Positions 42,065 to 51,934 are shown, counted from the first letter of the stretch. The stretch: 64,000 nt of DNA from Candidatus Heimdallarchaeota archaeon (GCA_020353515.1 CP070695.1:3927140-3991139); one strand, 5' to 3'. The notes: a model not told the origin generated them from the sequence alone. Numbers and translations: made by a program.

Positions 42065-43408
42065 TTGTACATAACGCTAGAGATGACTTCACGGATGACA
42101 AGTCTTTATTGTTCATTTTGTGGCACAATGACTCATGAGTTGGATTCCCAGAAGTGTTCTGATTGTGGTGCGGCATTTTGTCCCCAATGTGCTTCTCAAT
42201 TAAGAAACACTGGTTCACAAATTAAATGTCCCTGTGGTTCAATTAATATCAAGGGTAGGTCCTCTGGACAAAACTCGAAAAGTGAAACTTTAGAACAAAT
42301 TTTTGATTTAAAGCGATCCCTAAAGCAAGTTGCTTACCGTCCAGTCCTTGTACTCAAACGAACTGGTCATCTCGAATCAAGATTACGATCTTTTCGGAAA
42401 CAATTTCTAATTCCAGGAAATCAAATTGACAAGATTTTTCTTGAAACTAAAAAAATTGAAAATTTTACATTATCGGAATTTCAGGAATATTCAGCTAAAT
42501 TAAATCGATTATATCGGAATTTAATGGGATTAAATTCTTCCTTTACTGACCATCGGAACTTTTCCTTGCAACTGACTCTTTTTCAGAAACAAATTAGAAG
42601 CTTTGATCAGACTGTACAAGACAAACTCCTACCAATTTATGATTTGATTGAACAAATGGAAAATAAATGTGATCAGTTTGAAGAAATGGCGCGACATCTT
42701 GGACGATGTTTTGATGCCTTTGTTTTCGTCCCTGGGGAATTAGTTATTGGTTATTTTGCTAATATAGAGTTACAGAATAGTCGGATCAGAAAGACTACCA
42801 TTGATATTGTGATTACCACAGACAGAATTGTGCTACTCAAATGGAAGAGATTCAATCTAAGAGGTCAAAGAACAAAAAAATTTGATGAATTTCCTCCAGA
42901 AGATCTAATTGATGTTCAAAAAACGAAAATAGGCTTCTTTAAGCGTGATAAACTACAAATCACAACCATTCAACATGATTATGAGTTACGTACTGACGGA
43001 GATACCCTAATGCGGATTTTTGATGGCCTACAACTTAGTTATTACGGTAGGCCTAGTGAAATTTACGTCCATGAGCCCTTTCGTGATTGGTCCTCAGAAA
43101 TTTATCAAGAAAAAATCCTTTCAGGACTCAATTTTCATAATAACAATAATGGATCTCCTGAACATTCTTCCAACCAAAATAAGGAACCTGACTTTGTAAC
43201 TGGTGTACTAGATGATCGTCTTCGTGACCTCCGTCTACGTAAGCTAGCGAATGAAAAAGCGTTACAAGAACTAAAAGAAGGACGGAAAAAAGTATCTAGT
43301 CGAGATTACTTCGATTTGATAAAGCAATTTGAATTAGAGCTAGCTAAAATTAATGAAGCAATTACTGAACTTCTTGTTAGAACTGGAAAAACAAATCTCT
43401 TAGGATGA
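42065..43408 (+). CDS. FYVE-like Zn finger, coiled coil, PH/GLUE-like domain and steadiness-box-like C-terminal helices
   Basis: CxxC-x11-CxxC-x4-CxxC-x12-CxC; PGELVI...IVITTDRIVLL...IGFFKRDKLQI; ALQELKEGRKKVSSRDYFDLIK. Confidence 0.6.
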   Translation: MYITLEMTSRMTSLYCSFCGTMTHELDSQKCSDCGAAFCPQCASQLRNTGSQIKCPCGSINIKGRSSGQNSKSETLEQIFDLKRSLKQVAYRPVLVLKRTGHLESRLRSFRKQFLIPGNQIDKIFLETKKIENFTLSEFQEYSAKLNRLYRNLMGLNSSFTDHRNFSLQLTLFQKQIRSFDQTVQDKLLPIYDLIEQMENKCDQFEEMARHLGRCFDAFVFVPGELVIGYFANIELQNSRIRKTTIDIVITTDRIVLLKWKRFNLRGQRTKKFDEFPPEDLIDVQKTKIGFFKRDKLQITTIQHDYELRTDGDTLMRIFDGLQLSYYGRPSEIYVHEPFRDWSSEIYQEKILSGLNFHNNNNGSPEHSSNQNKEPDFVTGVLDDRLRDLRLRKLANEKALQELKEGRKKVSSRDYFDLIKQFELELAKINEAITELLVRTGKTNLLG

Positions 43409-43433
43409 AAGAACTAATCCTACTGAAAATATT

Positions 43434-44063
43434 TTAGAGATTGCTCAACTCTCGTCGAAAATCTGAAAGCCATCTTGAAGTTTGTAACTCTAATTTTTGT
43501 AATTCATCTCTTTGTAAGAGTTGGCCTGGTTTTTGTGTATCCATCCACTTAATCCACTGATCGATGTCTTGAGTCACCCAGTGATTAGGACCATAAACAC
43601 GAGATGATGTTAGAATGGATATAAGCTCATCTAAATACGGGAGAATTCGATCAACTGTAGCAATAGCTTCTAAACGAAGAAGATCAAGTAATTCAATCGC
43701 ATTGGCCACGAATTCGGCAGCTATACGAGGTAACTTCTTAATTTGAGTATAATCAATCCGGTTGTGAGGTGTGTCATCAGTCCCCTCGGTTATACGAAGT
43801 TTCTCCAAACCATAAGGGAATTGTTGGTCGAGCTTCTCAGATCGAATAAAGTCGTCTAAATCAAAATGAGATTCTGCTAACTTTGCTCTAATTGAAACAA
43901 TCGTTGATAAAAGATTTTTATGCTGTTTATGGAAAATATTAGGATCTAATTCACCTTGCTCATAAGATCGTGAAAGGAGATCTAGGGTTCCAATACTTGC
44001 ATATAGCCGTCCTTCTAATTCCCAACGTTTCTCTAAATTAGGAGGAAATGTCATGGGTCTCAT
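43434..44063 (-). CDS. vps28: ESCRT-I subunit Vps28
   Basis: LYASIGTLDLLSRSY; AEFVANAIELLDLLRLE...DRILPYLDEL. Confidence 0.9.
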   Translation of the reverse strand: MRPMTFPPNLEKRWELEGRLYASIGTLDLLSRSYEQGELDPNIFHKQHKNLLSTIVSIRAKLAESHFDLDDFIRSEKLDQQFPYGLEKLRITEGTDDTPHNRIDYTQIKKLPRIAAEFVANAIELLDLLRLEAIATVDRILPYLDELISILTSSRVYGPNHWVTQDIDQWIKWMDTQKPGQLLQRDELQKLELQTSRWLSDFRRELSNL

Positions 44064-44064
44064 C

Positions 44065-44823
44065 CTATCTTAAGTATTCTTCCTGTTTTTTAAGCATGTA
44101 CAATTCTTTTGTATATTTTTTGTACAATCGAGAGTATTCAAAAATTGATATTTCCCCTGCTGCGTAACGGTCTTCTAATGACGCGAGGAGATCAGAAATA
44201 GCAATACGTTCTGTTTCAAGATCATCTCGTTTTGATAGACTTGCTTGATCTAGACTCCGTGATGGTTGTGCCTGAACTACTTGTTGTGCACGAAATCGTG
44301 CTAATTCTTCATCTTTTTTCTGAATTTGTTGAGTTAGTGATTCTACTTCTGTTCGTAAAACTGTAGTTTCAGCAGAAGTTGTCTGAGGTTCAACGACAGG
44401 AGGCGTTTCAGTTAGCCTAGCAACTGTTTCTCGAGCTGATTTAGCCACTTCTCCTCGCGGAGTAGGAGGCACTCTTGACATCAAATTCTTTAATGCTATA
44501 ACAACCTGATAAAGATGGAATTCTGCACGCCAATTGTCTAAGATTCGTAATTGCACAAAGGAATCTTCATCAATGTTTGGGTGATCCATGTAACCAACTG
44601 CTGTTACAACAGGTGGAACATTTGGAAAGTATTCTGGTAAAAAGATTTCAAAAGTAAACATATTCCTTCCCCGACTTGTTGTATAGGTCAATGTTCCTTG
44701 CCATCGTGCCAAGGAATCCCCTACAGGATTAAAACCAGAGGCAGCAGAATTGGAATAAACCAGTTGGGCCTCTCTAGCTAAGATAAAATCTCTATCCATG
44801 TTCATTTTAGCTCCTTTTTTCAA
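44065..44823 (-). CDS. vps23: ESCRT-I subunit Vps23/TSG101 (UEV, Pro-rich region, coiled coil, steadiness box)
   Basis: UEV FPNVPP...HPNIDEDSFVQL with Gln where E2 enzymes have the catalytic Cys; steadiness box AISDLLASLEDRYAAGEISIFEY. Confidence 0.9.
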   Translation of the reverse strand: MKKGAKMNMDRDFILAREAQLVYSNSAASGFNPVGDSLARWQGTLTYTTSRGRNMFTFEIFLPEYFPNVPPVVTAVGYMDHPNIDEDSFVQLRILDNWRAEFHLYQVVIALKNLMSRVPPTPRGEVAKSARETVARLTETPPVVEPQTTSAETTVLRTEVESLTQQIQKKDEELARFRAQQVVQAQPSRSLDQASLSKRDDLETERIAISDLLASLEDRYAAGEISIFEYSRLYKKYTKELYMLKKQEEYLR

Positions 44824-45132
44824 ATTTAAGTTGAAATATTAATCGTGAGGTTTTTAATTTAAGTAAATGGTTTCTTTAGTTTGTGTACATCTGTACAAGA
44901 TCTCTTAAAAAAGCCTCACAATAAGGAACATTTAAAAGCTGTTGGTTCGTCTGAATATTGATTTTCTCCTATATGATCACTGTAATCACTGTAATATTCT
45001 ATTTTCTGTTCCTTAAGAAGATCACGACCCAAATATTAATGATTATCACTTTGAAAACTTAAGACTTCGCTTTAATCAATAATTTATATTCTTAAATTAA
45101 GTACTTTAAGAAAATAAACATTTAGGAAGTGC

Positions 45133-46350
45133 TTACTTTCCTCTAGGTGGTTGTACAGAAGCTAGGAAATCAATAATTGCTTCACCTAGTAGTTCAAACG
45201 CCTTTTCTATATTTTCACCTGTTTTAGCACTACTTTGAAGAAAGTAAATTTTGAATCCGCGATATCTCTCTGAAATCTGCGATAATCGAGAAACAAACGC
45301 ATGAGCTTTTGATTCAGACACACATGGCATTCCTACTGAACATAAATCTGTTTTATTTCCTAAAACAATTAAAGGGACAGGACCTCTACCATTGTTACGC
45401 CATAGCTCATTCATCCATTTTACGATATTTTGGAAACTTTCAGGACGAGTCATGTCGAAAACGACCAGTGCACCTACCGCGGACATGTAATAAATTTTTC
45501 TGACATTATGAAAGCGTGGTTGTCCAGCCAAATCCCAAATCAAATATTTGATCTGTTTTCCTCCAGCATATACGATGTCAGATGTCTTGGCTGCTAGATC
45601 AGCACCTATAGTCATTTGATAGTCGACTTTGAATCCTTCACCAAGGTATTGTCGTCGAATAGATGTCTTTCCTACAGCGCCATCCCCGATCAAGATAACT
45701 TTTAAGGTGTGATGTTCTTGAATAAGGGTTGCTTTGGCTGATGCAATTGCACGATCGATTTCAGTCCGTAATTCTGTGTTCTTCTGGATATTTCTTTCTG
45801 TATGCCTTTTTATAGCCTTTCCAATTTGAATTGCTAGTGTACTGACTTTATCTCGAGGAATATGTTTTGAAGTGACAATAGAAACAATAAATATCTCTTC
45901 AACTACAAAAAAATGGATTGTTTGAGATTCAAGAGTTAAAACTTCTACCAATTCACCCAATTTATACTGAGTATAATTTTTTATCACGTTCGACATAAAA
46001 TTTCGTGATTCTTGGTAGTCGATCTTAGTTAATAATGGATAGTCAAATATCGGAGTACCACTGTACATGAAACACGAAATCAAGTAGATATCTTCCGTTT
46101 TTCTTGCTTCTAACCCAAATTGCCTAAAATCTTCCAAATGATCCTTCTCTGTCTTTTCAGCTTCCGAATATGCTTCATCTAAGATACTTAGGTAATCTTT
46201 ACGTCCAGACATGGCATCTTCGAGATTGACACGAACCTTGAGATAAAATTCTTCCATTTCATCAGCCCTTGCCTCATCAAGAACTTTATCCTCAAGGGAT
46301 TTACTCCTAACTTCCTTTTTATCCCTGTTTATGGGATTATTATTGTCCAT
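45133..46350 (-). CDS. Longin-like domain fused to a Rab-like GTPase
   Basis: Longin-like IYLISCFMYSGTPIF...; GDGAVGKTS, TIGAD, WDLAGQ, NKTD and SAK. Confidence 0.85.
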   Translation of the reverse strand: MDNNNPINRDKKEVRSKSLEDKVLDEARADEMEEFYLKVRVNLEDAMSGRKDYLSILDEAYSEAEKTEKDHLEDFRQFGLEARKTEDIYLISCFMYSGTPIFDYPLLTKIDYQESRNFMSNVIKNYTQYKLGELVEVLTLESQTIHFFVVEEIFIVSIVTSKHIPRDKVSTLAIQIGKAIKRHTERNIQKNTELRTEIDRAIASAKATLIQEHHTLKVILIGDGAVGKTSIRRQYLGEGFKVDYQMTIGADLAAKTSDIVYAGGKQIKYLIWDLAGQPRFHNVRKIYYMSAVGALVVFDMTRPESFQNIVKWMNELWRNNGRGPVPLIVLGNKTDLCSVGMPCVSESKAHAFVSRLSQISERYRGFKIYFLQSSAKTGENIEKAFELLGEAIIDFLASVQPPRGK

Positions 46351-46555
46351 ATGAAGGAATAACTCCGATATTCGTTCAACAAGGGATTAGTATGTTTTTT
46401 TTTGACAATTATCTTAAAGACACACAATCATCTTAAAGGCTTTATCTTTTAGTCTATAATTATGATGTTATAATTTATCTCAACATATTGAAGAAAACTA
46501 AAACTTTATGAAGAAAAGTAATTTTATTACCCTCTCTCTAATCTAGAAAACGGAA

Positions 46556-47560
46556 ATGGAAGGAAAAAAGATGGGTGAACTTCTAGGTTCTTTAGATGAT
46601 CAAATCATTATTTTTTTACAAACTTTCAGTCCATTACTCGATCCTATATTTGGATTAATCACTTTTTTTGGAGATAAACTGTTCGTTATAGGAATTTTAA
46701 TCATAATTTTTTACTGTATTGATAAAAAGGTTGCTTTCCGTGCTGCCATTTTAGTAATATTTACTGCATTTGTTACATACTCATTAAAGGGAATATTTGC
46801 TCTTGAACGACCTTATCTTGAATATGAGAGATTGAATAAATCAGGAATAAAAGGAACTAAAGACATTTTAGGACAATTACCAACAGATTATACTTTTCCA
46901 AGTGGACATTCTTCAAATGCTGGATCCTTTTGGACATTTTTAGCCTCACGATGGCGTCATCTTGGTTTTGGGATTGTAGCGGTTGTTATGATAATAATGA
47001 TTCCCCTTTCCCGCAGCTATTTAGGTGTCCATTGGCCAACGGACATAATTGTTGGTGTCTTGTTGGGAATTTTGATCTCGTTACTCTTTATTTATTTGTT
47101 ACCTAGAATTGAACAAATTACTGCGAAATCTTCTACTTTAATTTTATTCTTGGTTGCTATAATAGCTCCAATATTAGCAGTTGTTATGTCATATGTATTT
47201 ATAGTCTTATCAGGTCACGATTTTGGACTTGCTGACACTACTACCTATGGAGGTTTATTTACAGGGTTATCATTGGGTTATATGTTTGAGGAACGATTCA
47301 TCAATCTAAAAGTAAAAGAATTTCGAAGGAATAAAAAGGTACTTATTTATCGAGGCATATTAGGGCTCAGTATTATCTTAGGTTTATATTTCAGTATGAG
47401 TGCAATATTTGAAGTACTGTTTAAAGGATTTCCACTTGAATATATTGCACGATTCTGCAGATATGCGATTCTAGCCTTTGCAGGGATCTTTTGTCTTCCA
47501 TGGCTATTTGTCGTTATTGAACGAAGACTTTCATTGGAACCTGGAGCTCCTACGGAATAG
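46556..47560 (+). CDS. PAP2-family membrane phosphatase
   Basis: KGIFALERP, PSGH and SRSYLGVHWPTD. Confidence 0.93.
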   Translation: MEGKKMGELLGSLDDQIIIFLQTFSPLLDPIFGLITFFGDKLFVIGILIIIFYCIDKKVAFRAAILVIFTAFVTYSLKGIFALERPYLEYERLNKSGIKGTKDILGQLPTDYTFPSGHSSNAGSFWTFLASRWRHLGFGIVAVVMIIMIPLSRSYLGVHWPTDIIVGVLLGILISLLFIYLLPRIEQITAKSSTLILFLVAIIAPILAVVMSYVFIVLSGHDFGLADTTTYGGLFTGLSLGYMFEERFINLKVKEFRRNKKVLIYRGILGLSIILGLYFSMSAIFEVLFKGFPLEYIARFCRYAILAFAGIFCLPWLFVVIERRLSLEPGAPTE

Positions 47561-47665
47561 CGTGTTGATTTAAGTCCCAAAAGAAAACAGTTAAGAATAT
47601 CCGTACAAAAAGTAATTTAAGCGTAATGAAATACGAAGATTTTATTATCCATTGAGAGGAAACGT

Positions 47666-48412
47666 ATGTCCGAGTCCGAATCTCTTCTTTGTCCCAATTG
47701 CAGTGAAAGAAGTCCAGGAGGCTATATTCTCTGCCCATACTGTGGCTTTGATTTAACAAAGATTGTACGTGAGAGAGAGCGGGTTCGGGTTACTTTTAGG
47801 GAAAAATTTTCAAGAATCTTCCGGAGCCTTGTTGATCCCAGAGAAAGTAAACGACTTTTTAATGAGATTGGAGTCAATCCAGATCGTTTAGGAGCCATTC
47901 TCGTTCTTTATTTTCTTTCAGTGGGCTATGGCTTAAGAGTCTCCGCATTATTCGCCAAAGGCGCGAATCCCTCTTGGCATGGGTGGGATTTCATGTTTTT
48001 CTTCATTGCACCTTGGTTCGTTGCAATTGGTTTTATTATTTTAGCTATATTTGGCTGGTTTATCTGTAGTTTAATCATCTGGTTGATTGCAAAAACCCTT
48101 GGGGGCAAAGCTAGCTTTCGTGACACTCAAGGAATTGTTGGGTACTCACTCGGACCTCTTATTCCTGCTTCTGTTATCATAAATGTCATAATTACTTTTA
48201 TAGGACCTGGATTAGGAACAATCACTACAACAACCTACACAAATTATACAATATTTGAATTATTATATATCCCCTTTCTGGTGCTTACGGCCTATCATTG
48301 TGGAAATGGAATACGAACAGCCCACTTACTTAACGAGTATTATTCTTATGGTATTGCAGGTGGCCTTACTCTTGTTTATACTTTACTTTTCCTAATACCA
48401 AATATTTTATAA
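47666..48412 (+). CDS. Zinc ribbon fused to a Yip1-domain membrane protein
   Basis: CPNC...CPYC; LVDPRE..F; KTLGGKASF...VGYS; 5 TM segments. Confidence 0.8.
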   Translation: MSESESLLCPNCSERSPGGYILCPYCGFDLTKIVRERERVRVTFREKFSRIFRSLVDPRESKRLFNEIGVNPDRLGAILVLYFLSVGYGLRVSALFAKGANPSWHGWDFMFFFIAPWFVAIGFIILAIFGWFICSLIIWLIAKTLGGKASFRDTQGIVGYSLGPLIPASVIINVIITFIGPGLGTITTTTYTNYTIFELLYIPFLVLTAYHCGNGIRTAHLLNEYYSYGIAGGLTLVYTLLFLIPNIL

Positions 48413-48505
48413 TTTCAAAAACAGAGTAGTTCATTCATTGGGCAGTAGAGATCAGCGTAAGCCATTTAAAGAGTAAAAAGGAATTTCTCTATAATAGACC
48501 AAATG

Positions 48506-49513
48506 CTAGTCCAAATTAATCACGAATTTCAACGGAGCTGATAACGTGGGGTCAACGATTCGGAAAATCGCTCCTGATTCGAGGATATCCCCTACCTTCT
48601 CTTCAGAAAGAGTTATTTTCTGAGTCTGATGAAGTAGTGCCATTTCTGAGCTTAGATTGAAAGAGTATCGAAGTTGAGTCATAAAGTCACTAATTTGTTG
48701 GTCGGTTGGAGAACGAATAGGAATTGCTTGAAGTTGATAACGAGGTGAACATACAATACAGTCTTCACGACGTTCAAGAGGAACAGGAGTGAATATTCCT
48801 GCCTCCCCATCCCAAAACAGATAGTTTTCTAATGGAGGTAATTCGAGAAGGATTTTAAGGGCTTCCTGAGCCATAAGACCGCCAATAACAAAAGATACAC
48901 TAGACACGTAAGGAATATATTCATCATTATCTTCATCTGATTGATTTTCTTTTCTCATGTCTCCAAAGGGAGTACAGGCTTTTTGAAGTTTCTCTTCAGG
49001 AATCAATGACTGACATTCCAAACAAGGGGTTTTTTGAGGAATGACTACTTGAAGATTCCCAAGAAAACTAAACATTCCTCCAGAAATTAATGGAATATTA
49101 GCCCCCACGGTAAAAGAGTTCACCCAACGTCGTGTTTGAAATGTGTCCAAACCATCAAGGATGACATTTGAAGCTTCGAGGACGTGTCGTGGAGCTTTTT
49201 CAATAGGCATGAATAATTCGATAACATTTACTTCAGAGTTGAGTTCTTGAATAATTTGCGCACTGACTTTAACTTTCGGTTTTCCTATATCCCCCGCCCG
49301 ATAAAATAATTGTCTATTTAAATTACTTAATTCGATAGTGTCCATATCGATTAGTATGAGTGTTCCTACTCCTGCCATAGCTAATGATGCAGCAGCAACA
49401 CTACCCAGCGCTCCGAGCCCAACTAGAGACACGGTACTTTGTTTTATTTTTTCCTGATTCCAATGTTTGATCAGAAGCTGTCGATTATACCGTTCACTCA
49501 TGAGGTTTCCCAA
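48506..49513 (-). CDS. Ubiquitin-activating E1-like enzyme (ThiF/MoeB plus a C-terminal domain)
   Basis: RYNRQ, GLGALG, SNLNRQ, PCLEC, candidate catalytic ACT and CIVC. Confidence 0.92.
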   Translation of the reverse strand: MGNLMSERYNRQLLIKHWNQEKIKQSTVSLVGLGALGSVAAASLAMAGVGTLILIDMDTIELSNLNRQLFYRAGDIGKPKVKVSAQIIQELNSEVNVIELFMPIEKAPRHVLEASNVILDGLDTFQTRRWVNSFTVGANIPLISGGMFSFLGNLQVVIPQKTPCLECQSLIPEEKLQKACTPFGDMRKENQSDEDNDEYIPYVSSVSFVIGGLMAQEALKILLELPPLENYLFWDGEAGIFTPVPLERREDCIVCSPRYQLQAIPIRSPTDQQISDFMTQLRYSFNLSSEMALLHQTQKITLSEEKVGDILESGAIFRIVDPTLSAPLKFVINLD

Positions 49514-49595
49514 CCTCCACTTCAGCTTAAGGATTTAAAAGTACTTCACTGGATTTGTGGAGCAAGTTGCGAAACACTGTTCTGGGGACAGAGTA

Positions 49596-49841
49596 TTAGT
49601 TTGGAAAACCACCGGTAGTTCGTGTGATCATGTACAACTTATCCATGTCTTCTATTCCCGCAGACTTGAGAGTCTCGCTCTCATCTAGTTGTTTACCTTG
49701 GAAGACAAGAATAACTGAACGAGCAGGGATTCGCTTTTCTTGAGCTACTCGTTCTTTAATAGCGGCCACAGAATCGGTTTTTTCGCATGGTAGAGTGATT
49801 TCTCCACCCCCAATGGCTTGAACAACATTAATCTGCATCAT
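49596..49841 (-). CDS. Ubiquitin precursor (diglycine followed by an FPN extension)
   Basis: MQINV...IKERVAQEKRIP...LVFQGKQLD..TL...TRTTGG-FPN. Start placed at ATG 49841 rather than TTG 49880. Confidence 0.93.
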   Translation of the reverse strand: MMQINVVQAIGGGEITLPCEKTDSVAAIKERVAQEKRIPARSVILVFQGKQLDESETLKSAGIEDMDKLYMITRTTGGFPN

Positions 49842-49931
49842 GAATTCCTTCGTTACTTTGTCTAAGTAGACTATTTCCAACCTTTAAAATATATTGAATG
49901 TGGAACCTGAATGTGTATTCTGTCCCTTTGG

Positions 49932-50723
49932 TTAGTCATTATCTGAATCCAGAAACGTGATTCCGTGATTATTAATCTCAAATCGCAAAGTCTTTGTAGT
50001 GTGATTAGTCCCCCTCATTTTACTGATCCGTAGTATCCGAATTGTCTCCCCACGAACAGAAAGCATATCTAAGTTGATTATAGAATCGGCAATATATTCT
50101 TCCCCAAAAAGCGAATGATCCATACTCCCTGCCAATTCGGATATTGCGACAGTAGTCACATTTAGTGCAGCAATATTCGCGAGGAAGCCCGTTGTAAGCT
50201 TTCTGAGAAAACCAGAATCATTACCATAATCATAAAATTGAAACGCGGCTAAAGGGTCGATTACAATCCTTTCTATCTTTTTTTCCTCTACAACTTGACT
50301 AATATGGTAGAATATTTTATGAAGGAAGGTGGGGAGAGAGGTCTCATCATATGGAACTCCTTCCGCCTCAATCATCAGTTCCGATTCTTCTGCATATGTC
50401 AAACTGTCTGGATCCCACAGTTCCCACCCTGATGGAGTGAAATCGAGCATAGTAATCTTCTGAGGTTCTGCAAAAAAACTAGGATCAAAGAATGAAAAAC
50501 CACTCGCATCCCTACGAATGGCCCAAGGTGGTTCTTGCATTGCAACCAATAATCCGTTTTCATTACGACGTGCTCCTTCAAACAAAAAATGTAAGCCAAA
50601 AATAGTCTTCCCTGCTCCAGCAGGACCAATCACTAAATTTGTTGTGCCCCGAATAAACCCACCTGATGTTAACGCATCTAAATAAGGAATACCTGAAGTT
50701 ACTCGAATTTTTTGCTCAAACAT
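49932..50723 (-). CDS. KaiC/RAD55-like RecA-superfamily ATPase (single domain)
   Basis: SGIPYLD..GG; GPAGAGKT; RIVIDP; ISKMRGTNH. Confidence 0.9.
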   Translation of the reverse strand: MFEQKIRVTSGIPYLDALTSGGFIRGTTNLVIGPAGAGKTIFGLHFLFEGARRNENGLLVAMQEPPWAIRRDASGFSFFDPSFFAEPQKITMLDFTPSGWELWDPDSLTYAEESELMIEAEGVPYDETSLPTFLHKIFYHISQVVEEKKIERIVIDPLAAFQFYDYGNDSGFLRKLTTGFLANIAALNVTTVAISELAGSMDHSLFGEEYIADSIINLDMLSVRGETIRILRISKMRGTNHTTKTLRFEINNHGITFLDSDND

Positions 50724-50726
50724 TTT

Positions 50727-51368
50727 TCATACTTGCCGTTGTTTGATCACGACTTTTCGGTTCCGTCTTACTTTGTTAATTAGGTACTTAAATGCTTGTT
50801 CAACATTCTCTCCACTCCGAACTCCTCCTGGGTCAGCAGCAACCGTGCCAAAAATGTGATAAGAGTAATTTTTCATTATTTTATCAAAAATATTTGTTTT
50901 TAAGAATTTAGGTGAAAGGGCATTGGGCAAATCTTGCTTATTTGCAATAACAACAATTGGGATATTGTCAGAAATCAACTCTAGTGCATCTTCTAACCAT
51001 TGTTCATCATATTTGAAATTTCGTTGTGAACTATCCACAACGAAAATTAATCCGTCTGCGGTGCGCACAAAACGCTCGTGATAACGCATGTCTAAGAATT
51101 TTCGTTGCCCACCCACATCGATTAATCCTATCACCGACTTCTCGACGACAATATGAGATATTCCAAAAGCTATTGTTGGTTTAATACTTCGAGGAGGAGG
51201 GTAACCATGTTCTAGGTAAAACGCAATTGAAGATTTCCCTACACCACTGGTACCTAATAAGACGACGGTGTAAAGACCTTTTGAACCGCTTTGCATTCCA
51301 AGATAGATCCTTGTGTGATTTCTATTACATAGAGATTTTGAGAAATGCAGTTTCTGTATATTAATCAC
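50727..51368 (-). CDS. Arf/Sar-like small GTPase
   Basis: GTSGVGKSS, PTI, DVGGQ, FVVDS and ANKQDL. Confidence 0.88.
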   Translation of the reverse strand: MINIQKLHFSKSLCNRNHTRIYLGMQSGSKGLYTVVLLGTSGVGKSSIAFYLEHGYPPPRSIKPTIAFGISHIVVEKSVIGLIDVGGQRKFLDMRYHERFVRTADGLIFVVDSSQRNFKYDEQWLEDALELISDNIPIVVIANKQDLPNALSPKFLKTNIFDKIMKNYSYHIFGTVAADPGGVRSGENVEQAFKYLINKVRRNRKVVIKQRQV

Positions 51369-51529
51369 GAAAAATACGGTATCGATTGATAATTTTAGAT
51401 TTTGACGTTTATAACATCTTCGGAATGCATAGATATCAAATCCAGTGATTTTTGTCCAGGGGTCACGAATTTTTTTTAATTAGATTGTATATATAATACC
51501 AAAAGATAATAGGATTCATGTGATAAATA

Positions 51530-51934
51530 ATGCCTTTAAAACCTCGAGAAATCGAGATTGAAACCCTCAAAACCCCTAAAGGTGACGTTGTGACAGTAAA
51601 AGGTCTTGAGACCACTATTAATACAGTATATTCAGAGATGGCTTTATTAGACAAACATCTCGATCAAATAAACGAGTCTCAGAAACAAATCAACCAAGCT
51701 CTCAATGCCATAAACACCCAATTAGCTGAATACAATAAAAAGATTCTAGATTTGGGTGAAACCTTCTCTGACCTGATTGTTTACTTGTCTAAAATCGAAT
51801 CACAACAAGAACAGCGGCGAAAATTGTCAAAAAAACAAATGATTACTGAAAAAGCGGATCTAGTAGCATTAAAAGAGGAGTTATCAATCATCCTAGAGCA
51901 GTTAAAAGGTCGTGTGACCGAAAATGAACCCTAA
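51530..51934 (+). CDS. Coiled-coil protein
   Basis: Long heptad pattern; overlaps the RING gene by 11 bp. Confidence 0.75.
   Translation: MPLKPREIEIETLKTPKGDVVTVKGLETTINTVYSEMALLDKHLDQINESQKQINQALNAINTQLAEYNKKILDLGETFSDLIVYLSKIESQQEQRRKLSKKQMITEKADLVALKEELSIILEQLKGRVTENEP

Noticed and set aside
44976-44995. Short tandem ATCACTGTA duplication upstream of vps23
   Set aside because: Only two units are present; it could be an operator but cannot be distinguished from chance.
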